From Actinomycetota bacterium (GTDB taxonomy: Bacteria; Actinomycetota; Actinomycetes; Streptosporangiales; Streptosporangiaceae), in the NCBI GenBank assembly GCA_003168215.1, contig PMSW01000095.1, positions 7,025 through 71,024 of the forward strand: a stretch of DNA of 64,000 nt, read 5' to 3'. The notes beneath the pieces are model-generated. The model worked only from the letters and a program-made list of their open reading frames with translations. It was not told where the DNA came from and made no database searches. The position numbers were made by a program, and so were the translations under genes. Shown here one piece after another: positions 26,171 to 35,530 of the stretch (positions within the stretch are counted from its first letter, which is position 1; every line of letters begins with the position of its first letter).

Positions 26171-26737
26171 GTGAGCGCCGGTGAGGGACAGGACACGGCT
26201 GCCAGGCCGGGCGAGGACTGGCGCCCGCTCGCTGACCAGATTGCCAGGAATGCCCGGGATTTCCTGGACGGGGTGGCGGCGCTGGCCAGGGGTGAGGGCG
26301 GCGAGGAGACAGTGCCGCTGCTGCTGCTTGAGGTCGCCCAGATCCTGCTGGCCGGGGCGAAACTCGGTGCGAGCAAGGACGTCATCCTGCCGGGCAACTG
26401 GGAACCTGACGTCGGCGCCGATCCAGATCTGGATTTGCTTCGGACCGGGCTGGCTGGCCGGCTGCTCGATTGCGACGAGTACGCGGAGATTTTTGATCCG
26501 TACTCTGACACCTGGGCAACTCCGTTCCGGCTGTCAGATGATCTCGCCGCGGTCGCAGCGGATCTTATCCACGGCCTGAAGCATTATGAGGCCGGCCGCT
26601 CTTCCGAGGCGCTGTGGTGGTGGCAGTACTCCTACGTGAACCAGTGGGGCCTGCACGGCGGCGCGGCGCTGCGGGCGCTGCATGCCGTCGTGGCGCACGC
26701 CCGGCTGGACGTCGCGGAGGAGAGCACCTCAGGCTGA
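26171..26737 (+). CDS. DUF5063-like conserved actinobacterial protein
   Basis: 188-aa ORF in the conserved position after recR. Family assignment from memory (WWWQYSYVNQWGLH). Confidence 0.7.
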   Translation: MSAGEGQDTAARPGEDWRPLADQIARNARDFLDGVAALARGEGGEETVPLLLLEVAQILLAGAKLGASKDVILPGNWEPDVGADPDLDLLRTGLAGRLLDCDEYAEIFDPYSDTWATPFRLSDDLAAVAADLIHGLKHYEAGRSSEALWWWQYSYVNQWGLHGGAALRALHAVVAHARLDVAEESTSG

Positions 26738-26831
26738 GGGACCGCTCGCCGGGGGCAGAACCGGAAAGCCGCCCGCTGGATAGACTCGGGCGGACGCCTG
26801 CGAGCAGCCGGAGCGAAGGAGCGGCGACCCT

Positions 26832-28112
26832 GTGGCCCTGGTCGTGCAGAAGTACGGTGGATCCTCGGTAGCCGACGCCGACGGCATCAAGCGCGTGGCC
26901 CAGCGCATCGTCGCGACGCGCAAGGCCGGCCATGCGGTGGTCGTGGTGGTGTCGGCCATGGGCGACACCACCGATGAGTTGCGCGACCTGGCCAACCAGG
27001 TGAGCCCGCTGCCGCCCGGGCGCGAGCTGGACATGCTCCTTACCGCCGGAGAGCGGATATCGATGGCGCTGCTGGCGATGGCCATCGCCAATCTCGGCCT
27101 GGAAGGCCGCTCGTTCACCGGCTCCCAGGCCGGCGTGATCACCGACTCCGCGCACGGCAAGGCCCGCATCATCGACGTGACGCCCGGCCGGATCCAGACA
27201 GCGCTTGACGCTGGCGCGATCCCCATCGTGGCCGGCTTCCAGGGCGTGTCGCAGGACACCAAGGACATCACGACGCTTGGCCGGGGCGCCTCCGACACGA
27301 CGGCGGTCGCGCTCGCCGCCGCGCTTGGCGCGGACGTCTGCGAGATCTACACCGACGTGGACGGGGTGTTCACCGCCGATCCGCGGATCGTGCCCAGCGC
27401 GCGGCGCATCCCGCGGATCAGCTACGAGGAAATGCTGGAAATGGCGGCAAGCGGTGCGAAGGTCCTGATGCTGCGCTGCGTGGAGTACGCAAGGCGTTAT
27501 GCCATCCCCATCCACGTGCGGTCATCGTTCAGTAGCAGGGAAGGCACCTGGGTCACCGGCATGCCGCGGCAGGAGACGGAGGACGGCGGGATGGAACAGG
27601 CGATCATCTCCGGAGTCGCGCACGACCGGGGCGAAGCGAAGATCACTGTCGTGGGCGTGCCGGACAAGGTCGGCGAGGCGGCGAGGATCTTCCGTGTCAT
27701 CGCCGGCGCGGCCATCAACATCGACATGATCGTGCAGAACGTTTCCGCTGCCGCGACCGGCCGCACCGACATCTCGTTCACCCTGCCGCGAGAGGATGGC
27801 CAGACGGCCATGACCTCGCTGCGCCAGTTGCAGGAGGAGGTGGGCTTCGAGTCGCTGCTCTACGACGACAGGATCGGCAAGGTCTCGGTGATCGGCGCGG
27901 GGATGCGCTCCCATCCGGGGGTGAGCGCCACCTTCTTCGGCGCGCTGGCCGAGGCGGGGGTGAACATCGAGATGATCTCGACGTCGGAGATCCGGATCTC
28001 GGTCGTCGTCGACGAGAACGATGTCGCGGTGGCGGTTGACGCCGCGCACGAGGCCTTCGACCTGGGGACAGGCGAGGAAGGGGCCGTCGTCTACGGCGGG
28101 ACGGGCCGGTGA
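26832..28112 (+). CDS. ask: Aspartate kinase
   Basis: [13 protein letters not shown] start, kinase core, two C-terminal ACT domains. Confidence 0.95.
   Translation: MALVVQKYGGSSVADADGIKRVAQRIVATRKAGHAVVVVVSAMGDTTDELRDLANQVSPLPPGRELDMLLTAGERISMALLAMAIANLGLEGRSFTGSQAGVITDSAHGKARIIDVTPGRIQTALDAGAIPIVAGFQGVSQDTKDITTLGRGASDTTAVALAAALGADVCEIYTDVDGVFTADPRIVPSARRIPRISYEEMLEMAASGAKVLMLRCVEYARRYAIPIHVRSSFSSREGTWVTGMPRQETEDGGMEQAIISGVAHDRGEAKITVVGVPDKVGEAARIFRVIAGAAINIDMIVQNVSAAATGRTDISFTLPREDGQTAMTSLRQLQEEVGFESLLYDDRIGKVSVIGAGMRSHPGVSATFFGALAEAGVNIEMISTSEIRISVVVDENDVAVAVDAAHEAFDLGTGEEGAVVYGGTGR
27591..28112 (+). CDS. ask: Probable in-frame internal start for the aspartokinase beta subunit
   Basis: GGAGGA-like RBS upstream of in-frame ATG 27591 ([12 protein letters not shown]) at the ACT-domain boundary. 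This arrangement is described for Corynebacterium and Mycobacterium lysC/ask. Confidence 0.45.
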   Translation: MEQAIISGVAHDRGEAKITVVGVPDKVGEAARIFRVIAGAAINIDMIVQNVSAAATGRTDISFTLPREDGQTAMTSLRQLQEEVGFESLLYDDRIGKVSVIGAGMRSHPGVSATFFGALAEAGVNIEMISTSEIRISVVVDENDVAVAVDAAHEAFDLGTGEEGAVVYGGTGR

Positions 28113-29230
28113 CCAGCGGGTCAGGCGGCCATGAGGGCCGCGAGCCGAGCGGGCCGGGGGCAGGCCGGCACCAGGCCGGCGGGCCGGTGCTGGCCGTCGT
28201 GGGCGCCACCGGCGCTGTCGGTACCGTCATGCTCGATGTCCTGTCCACCAGGGACGATGTCTGGGGGGAGATCAGGCTCATCGCGTCGCCGCGGTCTGCT
28301 GGCAGGCGGCTGCGCGTCCGTGGCGAGCTGACCGAGGTCCGCGGGCTTGCCCCGGAGGTCTTCGATGGCGTGGACCTGGCCATGTTCGACGTGCCGGATG
28401 AGGTATCGGCCGCCTGGGCGCCGGTCGCCGCGGCGCGGGGAGTCGTCGTGATCGACAAATCCGGGGCGTTCCGGATGGACCCCGAGGTCCCCCTCGTCGT
28501 GCCCGAGGTCAATCCGGGCCAGGCCGCCAGGCGGCCGAAGGGGATCATCGCCGTCCCTAACTGCACGACCCTGTCGCTGATCGTGCCGATGGCCGCCCTG
28601 CACCAGGCCTTCGGCCTGCGCGAGCTTGTCGTTGCCTCTTACCAGGCGGCATCGGGGGCAGGTCAGGCTGGCATTGACTCGCTCTATGACCAGATGGGCA
28701 AGGTGGCGGGCAACCGCTCGCTCGGCCAGCGCGCCGGTGACCTTCGCGGTGTGCTCGGCGACTTCGGGCCGTTCCCGGCGCCGCTCGTGCTCAACGTGGT
28801 GCCGTGGGCCGGCTCGCTCCGGGATGCGGGCTGGTCCTCGGAGGAGCTGAAGATCCGGGATGAGTCGCGCAAGATCCTCGGCATGCCCGGCCTTAAGGTG
28901 TCAGCGACCTGCGTGCGCGTGCCGGTGGTGACGACCCACTCGGTCGCCGTGCATGCTGTTTTCGGCCGGGATGTCACTCGCGGCGAGGCGCAGCGCGTGC
29001 TCCGCGACACTCCTGGCGTAGTGCTTCTGGATGATCCAGGCCGCGGCGAGTACCCGACGCCCGCGGACGTGGTCGGCACCGACCCGACCTGGGTGGGCCG
29101 GGTGCGGCAGAGCATGGACGATCCCGCCGCGCTCGACCTGTTCATCTGCGGTGACAACCTGCGGAAGGGCGCGGCGCTGAACGCGGCTCAGATCGCCGAG
29201 CTGCTCGTACCCGAACTCTCGGCACGCTAA
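28109..29230 (+). CDS. asd: Aspartate-semialdehyde dehydrogenase
   Basis: [12 protein letters not shown] motif and active-site CTT region (PNCTTLSL). GTGA overlap with ask. The true start may be further in. Confidence 0.9.
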   Translation: MTSGSGGHEGREPSGPGAGRHQAGGPVLAVVGATGAVGTVMLDVLSTRDDVWGEIRLIASPRSAGRRLRVRGELTEVRGLAPEVFDGVDLAMFDVPDEVSAAWAPVAAARGVVVIDKSGAFRMDPEVPLVVPEVNPGQAARRPKGIIAVPNCTTLSLIVPMAALHQAFGLRELVVASYQAASGAGQAGIDSLYDQMGKVAGNRSLGQRAGDLRGVLGDFGPFPAPLVLNVVPWAGSLRDAGWSSEELKIRDESRKILGMPGLKVSATCVRVPVVTTHSVAVHAVFGRDVTRGEAQRVLRDTPGVVLLDDPGRGEYPTPADVVGTDPTWVGRVRQSMDDPAALDLFICGDNLRKGAALNAAQIAELLVPELSAR

Positions 29231-29790
29231 GCCCGGCGGGTGCCACTGCTCGGCTCGCCCGCGAGCGAGGACAGCCGCAGCGCCGCCGCGCTGACGCTCC
29301 GGAAACAATGCAAGTCGAATGGTAACCGGCTAGCGCCGCGTTTCCCGCGTTAATCCCACCAAGACGGATTAGACGATGGCCGTGCGGGTAAACATCCCGG
29401 TGGGGCTAGCTCGCTGATACTGATTGCCGGAAATATCGGTAAACGATCCTGAGCATATTTCTGGCTCCGCGGAAATAAGGAAATAGTTTCAGCGGTCGGC
29501 TATCCTGGGGGAGGGTACGTTGACTATGCGAGGCGGCAGAGTAATTTCCGCCACTGCCCGGAATTCCGGGAGGCATGCGGACCTGCCTAGCTAGCCCTGG
29601 TGCTATCGCGGTGCACATATCACCGAGCGATTCTGATTTCGAATTGTGTCTATGGCCAAGGGCGTTGCAGCTAACAGCGCTATTGTGAGGCGCATCGGCC
29701 GCTAACTGTGCCCATCGGCAGTTCGACGATCCGAAGATGCGCTTGCGCTGCAGTTTTGGCTTGCAACAAGCGCCGACAAGGAGCCATCTC
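29231..29790 (+). promoter_or_regulatory. 560-bp AT-enriched non-coding spacer upstream of the GT4 operon
   Basis: Visibly lower GC than the flanks, with no credible ORF. Palindrome CCCGGAATTCCGGG at 29557-29570. GGAAAT/ATTTCC hexamers at 29429, 29471, 29479 and 29544. Confidence 0.5.
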
Positions 29791-30927
29791 ATGTCTATGG
29801 ATTACGCCATGCTCAGTACATTTCCGCCAACCCAGTGCGGGCTGGCGACGTTCAGCGCGGCCCTGCTCGACCATCTTCCCGAACCAGGCGACCACGTAGG
29901 CGTTGTGCGGGTACTCGATGAGCCAGCCCCGCGGAATTCATCCCTTGTCGTACATGACCTCATCAATGGTTCCGCGGCCAGCGCGGCGGATGCGGTTGAA
30001 ATAGTCAACGGCTTCGACGTGTCTATCGTGCAACACGAGTACGGCATCTATGGCGGGTCCGACGGCCAGGACCTCATCCCCTTGCTGAACGCGCTCGACG
30101 TGCCGAGCATCGTCGTCTTGCACACGGTCCTGGCGGACCCGACAAGTAATCAGCGCATAATTCTTGACGAGGTTATTGCCGCTGCCGACAGGCTTGTCAC
30201 GATGACGCAGACGGGACGCTCGCGTGTGCTCGACATCTACGGCACGAGTCCCGACAAGGTCTTCGTGATACCGCACGGCGCGGCCGGCACGCTGGCGGCC
30301 AGGTCGTCGTCATCGCGGCGGCGAGCCGGCCGGCTCAGACTGCTGACCTGGGGGCTGCTGGGGCCAGGCAAGGGGATCGAGCACGCGATCGAAGCTGTCG
30401 CCCTGCTTCGCGCGAGCGGGCTGCAGATGGACTACACGGTCGCCGGGCAGACCCATCCGCGGGTGCGCGCGCGGACCGGCGAGGCCTACCGGCTGTCCCT
30501 GGAGAGGCGCGCGCGCGCCCTGGGAGTCGGCGACAGCGTGCACTTCGACGACCGGTACCTTCCCGCCAGCACCCTGATCGATCTCGTCAGCACCGCGGAT
30601 ATCGTGCTGCTGCCTTACGACTCGCTCGAGCAGGTAACTTCCGGAGTCTTGATTGAGGCCATCACCGCCGGAAAGCCAGTGATCTCGACCCGATTCCCGC
30701 ATGCCGTCGAACTGCTCGGCGACGGGGCAGGACTACTTGTCGAGCGAAAGGACCCGGCCGGCATTGCCCATGCCCTTCGCAGGGCGCTCACCGAGCCGGG
30801 GCTGTCCGAGCAGATGAGCCGGCATGCGGCGGAGATCGCGCCACGACTTGTCTGGTCAGCGGTGGCCGCGTCCTACCGGGAGCTCGCATCCGCACTTACC
30901 AGGACCCCAGCGGGAGCCACGATATGA
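29791..30927 (+). CDS. Glycosyltransferase family 4 (GT-B, group 1)
   Basis: AAGGAG RBS then ATG 29791. N-terminus LSTFPPTQCGLATFS and C-terminal E-x7-E-type region (SGVLIEAITAGKPVIST). Confidence 0.85.
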   Translation: MSMDYAMLSTFPPTQCGLATFSAALLDHLPEPGDHVGVVRVLDEPAPRNSSLVVHDLINGSAASAADAVEIVNGFDVSIVQHEYGIYGGSDGQDLIPLLNALDVPSIVVLHTVLADPTSNQRIILDEVIAAADRLVTMTQTGRSRVLDIYGTSPDKVFVIPHGAAGTLAARSSSSRRRAGRLRLLTWGLLGPGKGIEHAIEAVALLRASGLQMDYTVAGQTHPRVRARTGEAYRLSLERRARALGVGDSVHFDDRYLPASTLIDLVSTADIVLLPYDSLEQVTSGVLIEAITAGKPVISTRFPHAVELLGDGAGLLVERKDPAGIAHALRRALTEPGLSEQMSRHAAEIAPRLVWSAVAASYRELASALTRTPAGATI

Positions 30928-31940
30928 ACTGCCCGCCCGCTCCCTTCCAGCACCTGCAGCGGATGACCGACGACGTGGGCCTGCTGGAGCACGCCAAGGG
31001 CAACGAGCCCAGGTACGAGCACGGTTACTGCGTCGACGACGTGGCGCGCGGCCTGGTCGTGGTGTGCCGGGAGCCGTCGCCATCCGCGGAGCTCATCACC
31101 ATGGCGCACCGCTACCTCAGCTTCCTGGCGCAGGCGCAAGCGCCCGACGGCGGATTCCATAACCGCCTGGGCACCGATCGGCGCTGGCATGACCAGCCCG
31201 GCACGCAGGACCGCTGGGGACGCGCCCTGTGGGGCCTCGGCACGGCGGCGCTACGGGGTCCCGCCCCGGAAATCCGTTCAGAATCTCTTACCCGATTCAA
31301 CCAGGGCGCCCGCGCCCGCTCGCCGTGGCCGCATGCCATGGCGTTCGCGGCGCTTGGTGCCGCCGAGGTCCTCGATGGCTGGCCCGATCACTCCGGCGCC
31401 CGCGGCCTGCTCGCCAGCGCCGTCGCCGTCATCGGCGAGCCGTCAGCGGACCGCGGGTGGCCGTGGCCGGAGCCGAGGCTCAGCTACGCGAATGGCGCGA
31501 TCGCCGAGGCCGTCATCGTGGCAGGCTGGAAGCTCGGGGACGCCACGGTGCTGCGAAACGGGCTCCGGATGCTCGAGTGGCTGCTGGCCGGGGAGACCAG
31601 GAACGGCCACCTGTCCGTGGTGCCAGTCGGCGGCTGGGGTCCAGGTGAGCCTCGCCCCGCCTTTGACCAGCAGCCGATCGAGGTAGCCGCGCTGGCTGAT
31701 GCCTGCATGCGCGCGGTAACCGTCACGGGCGACAGCAGCTGGCTGGCAGCAGTCGAGATGTGCGTGGCATGGTTCCTCGGAGATAACGACGCTAAAATTG
31801 CCTTGCTCGACGAGCAAACCGGCGGTGGCTGCGACGGCCTTAAGCCGGCCGGCCGCAACGGCAACCAGGGTGCGGAGTCGACGATGGCCATGATCTCGGT
31901 TCTGCAGCAGGGACGTCGCCTGATCGCCGCGCCGAGGTGA
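30924..31940 (+). CDS. Hypothetical 338-aa protein, possibly (alpha/alpha)-barrel glycan-binding or hydrolase-like
   Basis: ATGA overlap with the GT4 gene and coding-like codon usage. W/G/A-rich repeats suggest an alpha/alpha toroid. No family recognised. Confidence 0.65.
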   Translation: MNCPPAPFQHLQRMTDDVGLLEHAKGNEPRYEHGYCVDDVARGLVVVCREPSPSAELITMAHRYLSFLAQAQAPDGGFHNRLGTDRRWHDQPGTQDRWGRALWGLGTAALRGPAPEIRSESLTRFNQGARARSPWPHAMAFAALGAAEVLDGWPDHSGARGLLASAVAVIGEPSADRGWPWPEPRLSYANGAIAEAVIVAGWKLGDATVLRNGLRMLEWLLAGETRNGHLSVVPVGGWGPGEPRPAFDQQPIEVAALADACMRAVTVTGDSSWLAAVEMCVAWFLGDNDAKIALLDEQTGGGCDGLKPAGRNGNQGAESTMAMISVLQQGRRLIAAPR

Positions 31941-33451
31941 CGGGCACGCGCTCGGCAGGCCCGCTCCTGACCCGGACTCAGCTGCGGCTCAGGCCGGACG
32001 CTTCTCGCACGCTGAGCCGGCTGTTCGTGCCTGGCCAGGAGACCCTCATCCGGGGTGAGTCGCGGGCGATGGATGTCATTAACCGTGTCCTGGCGATGAG
32101 CGGGGATTCGGTGGATAGCATGCTTGCCCGCACGCTGGCCCGGTTCTCCGGTCAGTATCGCGACCTCGAGGAGGCACTGGAACGTAACTTCGGGCTGGTC
32201 GCCCACCGGCTTGACGGCGATATCACGGTGGGCCACGCGCGGCGGCTGCTGATCGGCGCGTACTTCACCCAGCAGTACGCGCTGGAGGCCGCTGCGCTGT
32301 TCAATCCGTCGATCGTGCCGCATCCCGACCAGTCTGGCTGCGCCGCTGGCGAAGTCAGGTTCGTGATGAGCCTGCGGGCGGTCGGCGAAGGCCATCTGTC
32401 CAGCATCGAGTTCAGGACCGGCACGATCAGCGCCGGCCTCGGGACCAGCGACCGCGAGACCAGCGATCTCGGGATCAGCATCGATCCGCCGGGCCGGTTC
32501 CCCGACATCGGGCGCTCACGTCCTGTCATCTACGACCGCAGCCTGTTCCAGGAGAAGCTCGCCGAGCTCGGCCACGAGGAAGAGAACGCGCAGTTCCTCT
32601 GGAGCTTGCTGCCGCCGCGCTTCAGCCTGTCCGAGCTTGACGCCGCGGTCGCGGAGCTCTGCCTGCAGCAGGTGATGCGCGGAGACAGCGTGGCGCTCGT
32701 GGCCGGGGTCCGGTGGATGGCGGCGTCCAACTACGAGGTCGAGTTCGACGCGCGGCACGCCATCTCGGAGCGGGTGCTGTGGCCAAGCGGGCCGGCCGAG
32801 AGCCACGGCATGGAGGACGCGAGGTTCGTGCGCTTCACCGGCGACAGCGACCCGGTCTACTTCGCGACCTACTCCGCGTTCGACGGCAGCAAGGTCGCTT
32901 CGCACCTGCTGCAAACCGCCGACTTCCGGACATTCACCATCTCCCAGCTCTCCGGTCAGTCGACGAAGAACAAGGGCATGGCGCTGTTTCCGCGGCGCAT
33001 CGGCGGCCGCTATGTCGCGCTGTCCCGCTGGGACAGGGAGAGCAACGAGATCGCGTACTCCGGCGATGCCCATCGCTGGAGCGAGGCGGTCACGGTCCAG
33101 GCGCCCGCCCGGCCCTGGGAACTCGTCCAGCTCGGCAACTGCGGCTCGCCGATAGAGACCCCGGCAGGCTGGCTGGTCTTCACGCACGGTGTCGGGCCGA
33201 TGCGGGAGTACTCCATCGGCGCCATCCTGCTCGACCTCGACGAGCCCGAGCACATGAAGGCGGCGCTGCCAGAGCCGCTGCTGGTGGCCAGCGAGTCGGA
33301 GCGCGTGGGATACGTCCCTAACGTCGTCTACTCCTGCGGCGCGCTGCTGCACGGCGACAAGGTGGTGCTTCCTTACGGCTGCAGCGACTCGTCCGTGCGG
33401 TTCGCCATCGTGGACCTTCCGCAGCTACTGGACCGGCTGATCCCGGCCTGA
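31937..33451 (+). CDS. GH130-like glycoside phosphorylase/hydrolase with about 170-aa N-terminal extension
   Basis: GTGA overlap with the upstream gene. C-terminal beta-propeller motifs typical of GH130/DUF377 (MEDARFVRF, GMALFPRRIGGRY, VPNVVYSCG, LPYGCSDS). Confidence 0.75.
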   Translation: MTGTRSAGPLLTRTQLRLRPDASRTLSRLFVPGQETLIRGESRAMDVINRVLAMSGDSVDSMLARTLARFSGQYRDLEEALERNFGLVAHRLDGDITVGHARRLLIGAYFTQQYALEAAALFNPSIVPHPDQSGCAAGEVRFVMSLRAVGEGHLSSIEFRTGTISAGLGTSDRETSDLGISIDPPGRFPDIGRSRPVIYDRSLFQEKLAELGHEEENAQFLWSLLPPRFSLSELDAAVAELCLQQVMRGDSVALVAGVRWMAASNYEVEFDARHAISERVLWPSGPAESHGMEDARFVRFTGDSDPVYFATYSAFDGSKVASHLLQTADFRTFTISQLSGQSTKNKGMALFPRRIGGRYVALSRWDRESNEIAYSGDAHRWSEAVTVQAPARPWELVQLGNCGSPIETPAGWLVFTHGVGPMREYSIGAILLDLDEPEHMKAALPEPLLVASESERVGYVPNVVYSCGALLHGDKVVLPYGCSDSSVRFAIVDLPQLLDRLIPA

Positions 33452-33601
33452 CCTGGCCGCCTGAGCCTGGCTCAGGCTCCATGACATCCTCGTCTGGCGG
33501 CACGCAGCCAGCAGGCCCGCGCTGCGGGGCTGGCATCAGCGGACGCTGGCCGGGCTGCCACCGCGCCGGATTGGATGCGAAAGACCACGGGGAGGACGCT
33601 G

Positions 33602-33874
33602 ATGCCCGTAACAGTCACTGACCGGCTGATGCGGGGTACCGAGACGAGGCACACCGCTCGCCGTACCGGCGAACGCTGGGCCGTTTCTTGGCTCCCCGGC
33701 CGCGTCCTGAGCCACGATGATGCGGGCACGGCGATGATCATCGCGGAGACCGTGGGCGACGGTATCGAGCTGGCAGACGACAGGCGGTGGCCAGCTATCA
33801 ACGCCTGGGCCGCTGAACTTGGCTTGTCCGGCACGGAGGCGGTCGCTCGGGTCTCACGGGCCACTGGCCGATAG
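33602..33874 (+). CDS. Hypothetical small protein
   Basis: GGGAGGA RBS then ATG 33602. Moderate GC3. No recognisable family. Confidence 0.4.
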   Translation: MPVTVTDRLMRGTETRHTARRTGERWAVSWLPGRVLSHDDAGTAMIIAETVGDGIELADDRRWPAINAWAAELGLSGTEAVARVSRATGR

Positions 33875-34065
33875 GCCTGGCATGCATCGCCACCGGAAGC
33901 CGTTCCGTGCGGTGGTGTCCATGACGAGGTACCCGATCGATGCTGGCATGGCCCGCCGGTACCACCACGGGGCCAGGCTCCGCCGCCTGGAGACCTTTCC
34001 ATGATCAATAACGAAGTACGGCTGCCGTATTTGGTGGGTCGCGGTCAGCGGCTATGAACGTCTTG

Positions 34066-34359
34066 TCAGGCCTTCGGCTGGTGGTAAATGTCGCTGCGGC
34101 GGTTAATGTCGAGGACGTGAACGGTGCGGGTGCCCTCATCAATGCGGTAAACGATCCGGTAGGTTCCGCGCCGGGCGCCGTGGCAGCCGGCCAGCGGGCC
34201 GAACAATGGCTTGCCGACACGTTGCGGATTTACCGCAAGTGCGGCGTCGCAGAATTCCAGCACGGCTGCGGCGACGGTCTCGGGCAGCCGCTGGGAGATT
34301 GCCCTGCGCGCAGCGGGCTGGAAGCGGACGTCGTACCGCCCGTCGGGCGGGGCGGTCAC
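34066..34359 (-). CDS. Type II toxin, RelE/ParE family
   Basis: 97 aa. GTYRIVYRIDEGTRTVHVLDINRRSDIY is typical. Confidence 0.85.
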   Translation of the reverse strand: MTAPPDGRYDVRFQPAARRAISQRLPETVAAAVLEFCDAALAVNPQRVGKPLFGPLAGCHGARRGTYRIVYRIDEGTRTVHVLDINRRSDIYHQPKA

Positions 34360-34655
34360 CCGCCGGTGGCGCGGCGCCTGGCCAGCTCCTGCCGGACAGT
34401 CGCCAGGTCCGCGCCGGACTCGCCACGGCCGAGCGCGGCCAGACTCTCGGAGATACGGGCGGCCGATTCGCTGTCGCCGAGAATCTCCAGGGTCATCTCC
34501 AGTCCTTCCAGGTCATCAACCGAGAGCAGGACAGCCTCGGCCTCCCCGTTGCGGGTCAGGGTGATCCGTTCGTGCTGGAGGCGGACCCGGCGTGCCAGTT
34601 CCGACAAGCGGGCCTTGGCCTCCGATAGCGGCATGGGCGTGGCAGCGATGCTCAT
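34356..34655 (-). CDS. Type II antitoxin, Phd/YefM family
   Basis: PLSEAKARLSELARRV...ITLTRNGEAEAVLLSVDDLEGLEMTLEIL. 4-bp overlap with the toxin gene. Confidence 0.85.
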   Translation of the reverse strand: MSIAATPMPLSEAKARLSELARRVRLQHERITLTRNGEAEAVLLSVDDLEGLEMTLEILGDSESAARISESLAALGRGESGADLATVRQELARRRATGG

Positions 34656-34656
34656 G

Positions 34657-34692
34657 GTCTGAAGTATAGCCTGCTCTAGTCAACCTTCAGAC
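34657..34692. promoter_or_regulatory. Inverted repeat GTCTGAAG-N20-CTTCAGAC next to the antitoxin start (candidate TA operator)
   Basis: Read directly. Begins 2 nt upstream of the phd-like ATG, on its upstream side. Confidence 0.4.
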
Positions 34693-34877
34693 TAACGTGC
34701 CCGGCTCAGCCCATCGCGGGCTACTCCGGCTCGGCCCCTCGCGGCTACTTATGTCTTCCAAGACAACCCGGGCTGGCGTCAGGGCATTGCAGCCGTGGCG
34801 CTCAATGGGGCCCTGGACCTGATCCGTGGACGGCTATTTTCTCCCGATCCCGCCTGTGCGGGTGGCGATCGGCCGAC

Positions 34878-35204
34878 TCAGCCTCCGCGGGCGCCCCGGT
34901 GGGTGCCGAAGTAGAAGCCGAGTACGGTGCCGGCGATGCCGACCATGGGGGTGATGATCGCGGCCGTCGCCGCGGACAGGTCGCTGGCGGCGATCCCTCC
35001 GGCGACGAAGGCTATGGTGAGGATGAGCGTTTCCAGGATGACCGCGCCGATGACGGCCAGCGCGACTCCCGTGCGGACCCATTCCTGGATGCGGCTGGGA
35101 TCGAATGGCCTGGTGGTGACGAAGGGCCTGTCCTCCAGCCGCTCGGTCGCTGCTAGATCAAGCGGCGGTGGCTCGGCATCACCTGGCTCATCCCCTGCGG
35201 TCAC
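34878..35204 (-). CDS. Hypothetical 2-TM membrane protein
   Basis: Acidic/Pro N-terminus, then two hydrophobic helices (VALAVIGAVILETLILTIAFVAGGI and AIITPMVGIAGTVLGFYFG). GTGA-coupled to the RHH gene. Confidence 0.55.
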   Translation of the reverse strand: MTAGDEPGDAEPPPLDLAATERLEDRPFVTTRPFDPSRIQEWVRTGVALAVIGAVILETLILTIAFVAGGIAASDLSAATAAIITPMVGIAGTVLGFYFGTHRGARGG

Positions 35205-35413
35205 CTCAGGAGCTCGATCTGCCGGGTGTCACCGCCGCGGCTGCGGATCAGCACCTTCTCGCCGTTTTCGGCGGCATTGGTGACGAGCTTGCCGATGGCG
35301 ATGGACCGGCGGATGGCGTCGGTCATGGTGATGCCGTCCTCGGCGGCCTGGCGCCGCAGCTCGTCAACGTCGTCCTGGGTGAGGTTGACTGTTACCTTCA
35401 CGCGGTCAGCCAT
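35201..35413 (-). CDS. Ribbon-helix-helix (CopG/Arc-like) protein, 70 aa
   Basis: GGGAGA RBS then ATG 35413. MADRVKVTVNLTQDDVDELRRQAAEDGITMTDAIRRSI fits a beta-strand-helix-helix pattern. Confidence 0.65.
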   Translation of the reverse strand: MADRVKVTVNLTQDDVDELRRQAAEDGITMTDAIRRSIAIGKLVTNAAENGEKVLIRSRGGDTRQIELLR

Positions 35414-35530
35414 CACGGTCTCCCTCGCTGGACCCATAACCCATATAAGTACCATACGTGCTATAGCTATAAGCCGTACATAGGCTGGCGCCATGAGCAC
35501 ACAGCCATCGAAGCTGGTTTCCAGCATGTA

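Noticed and set aside
33472-34008. 178-aa minus-strand ORF between the GH130 gene and the RelE toxin
   Set aside because: The translation is Ser/Arg/Pro/Ala-rich and not protein-like. The opposite-strand 33602-33874 ORF has an RBS and more plausible sequence, although it too is low confidence.
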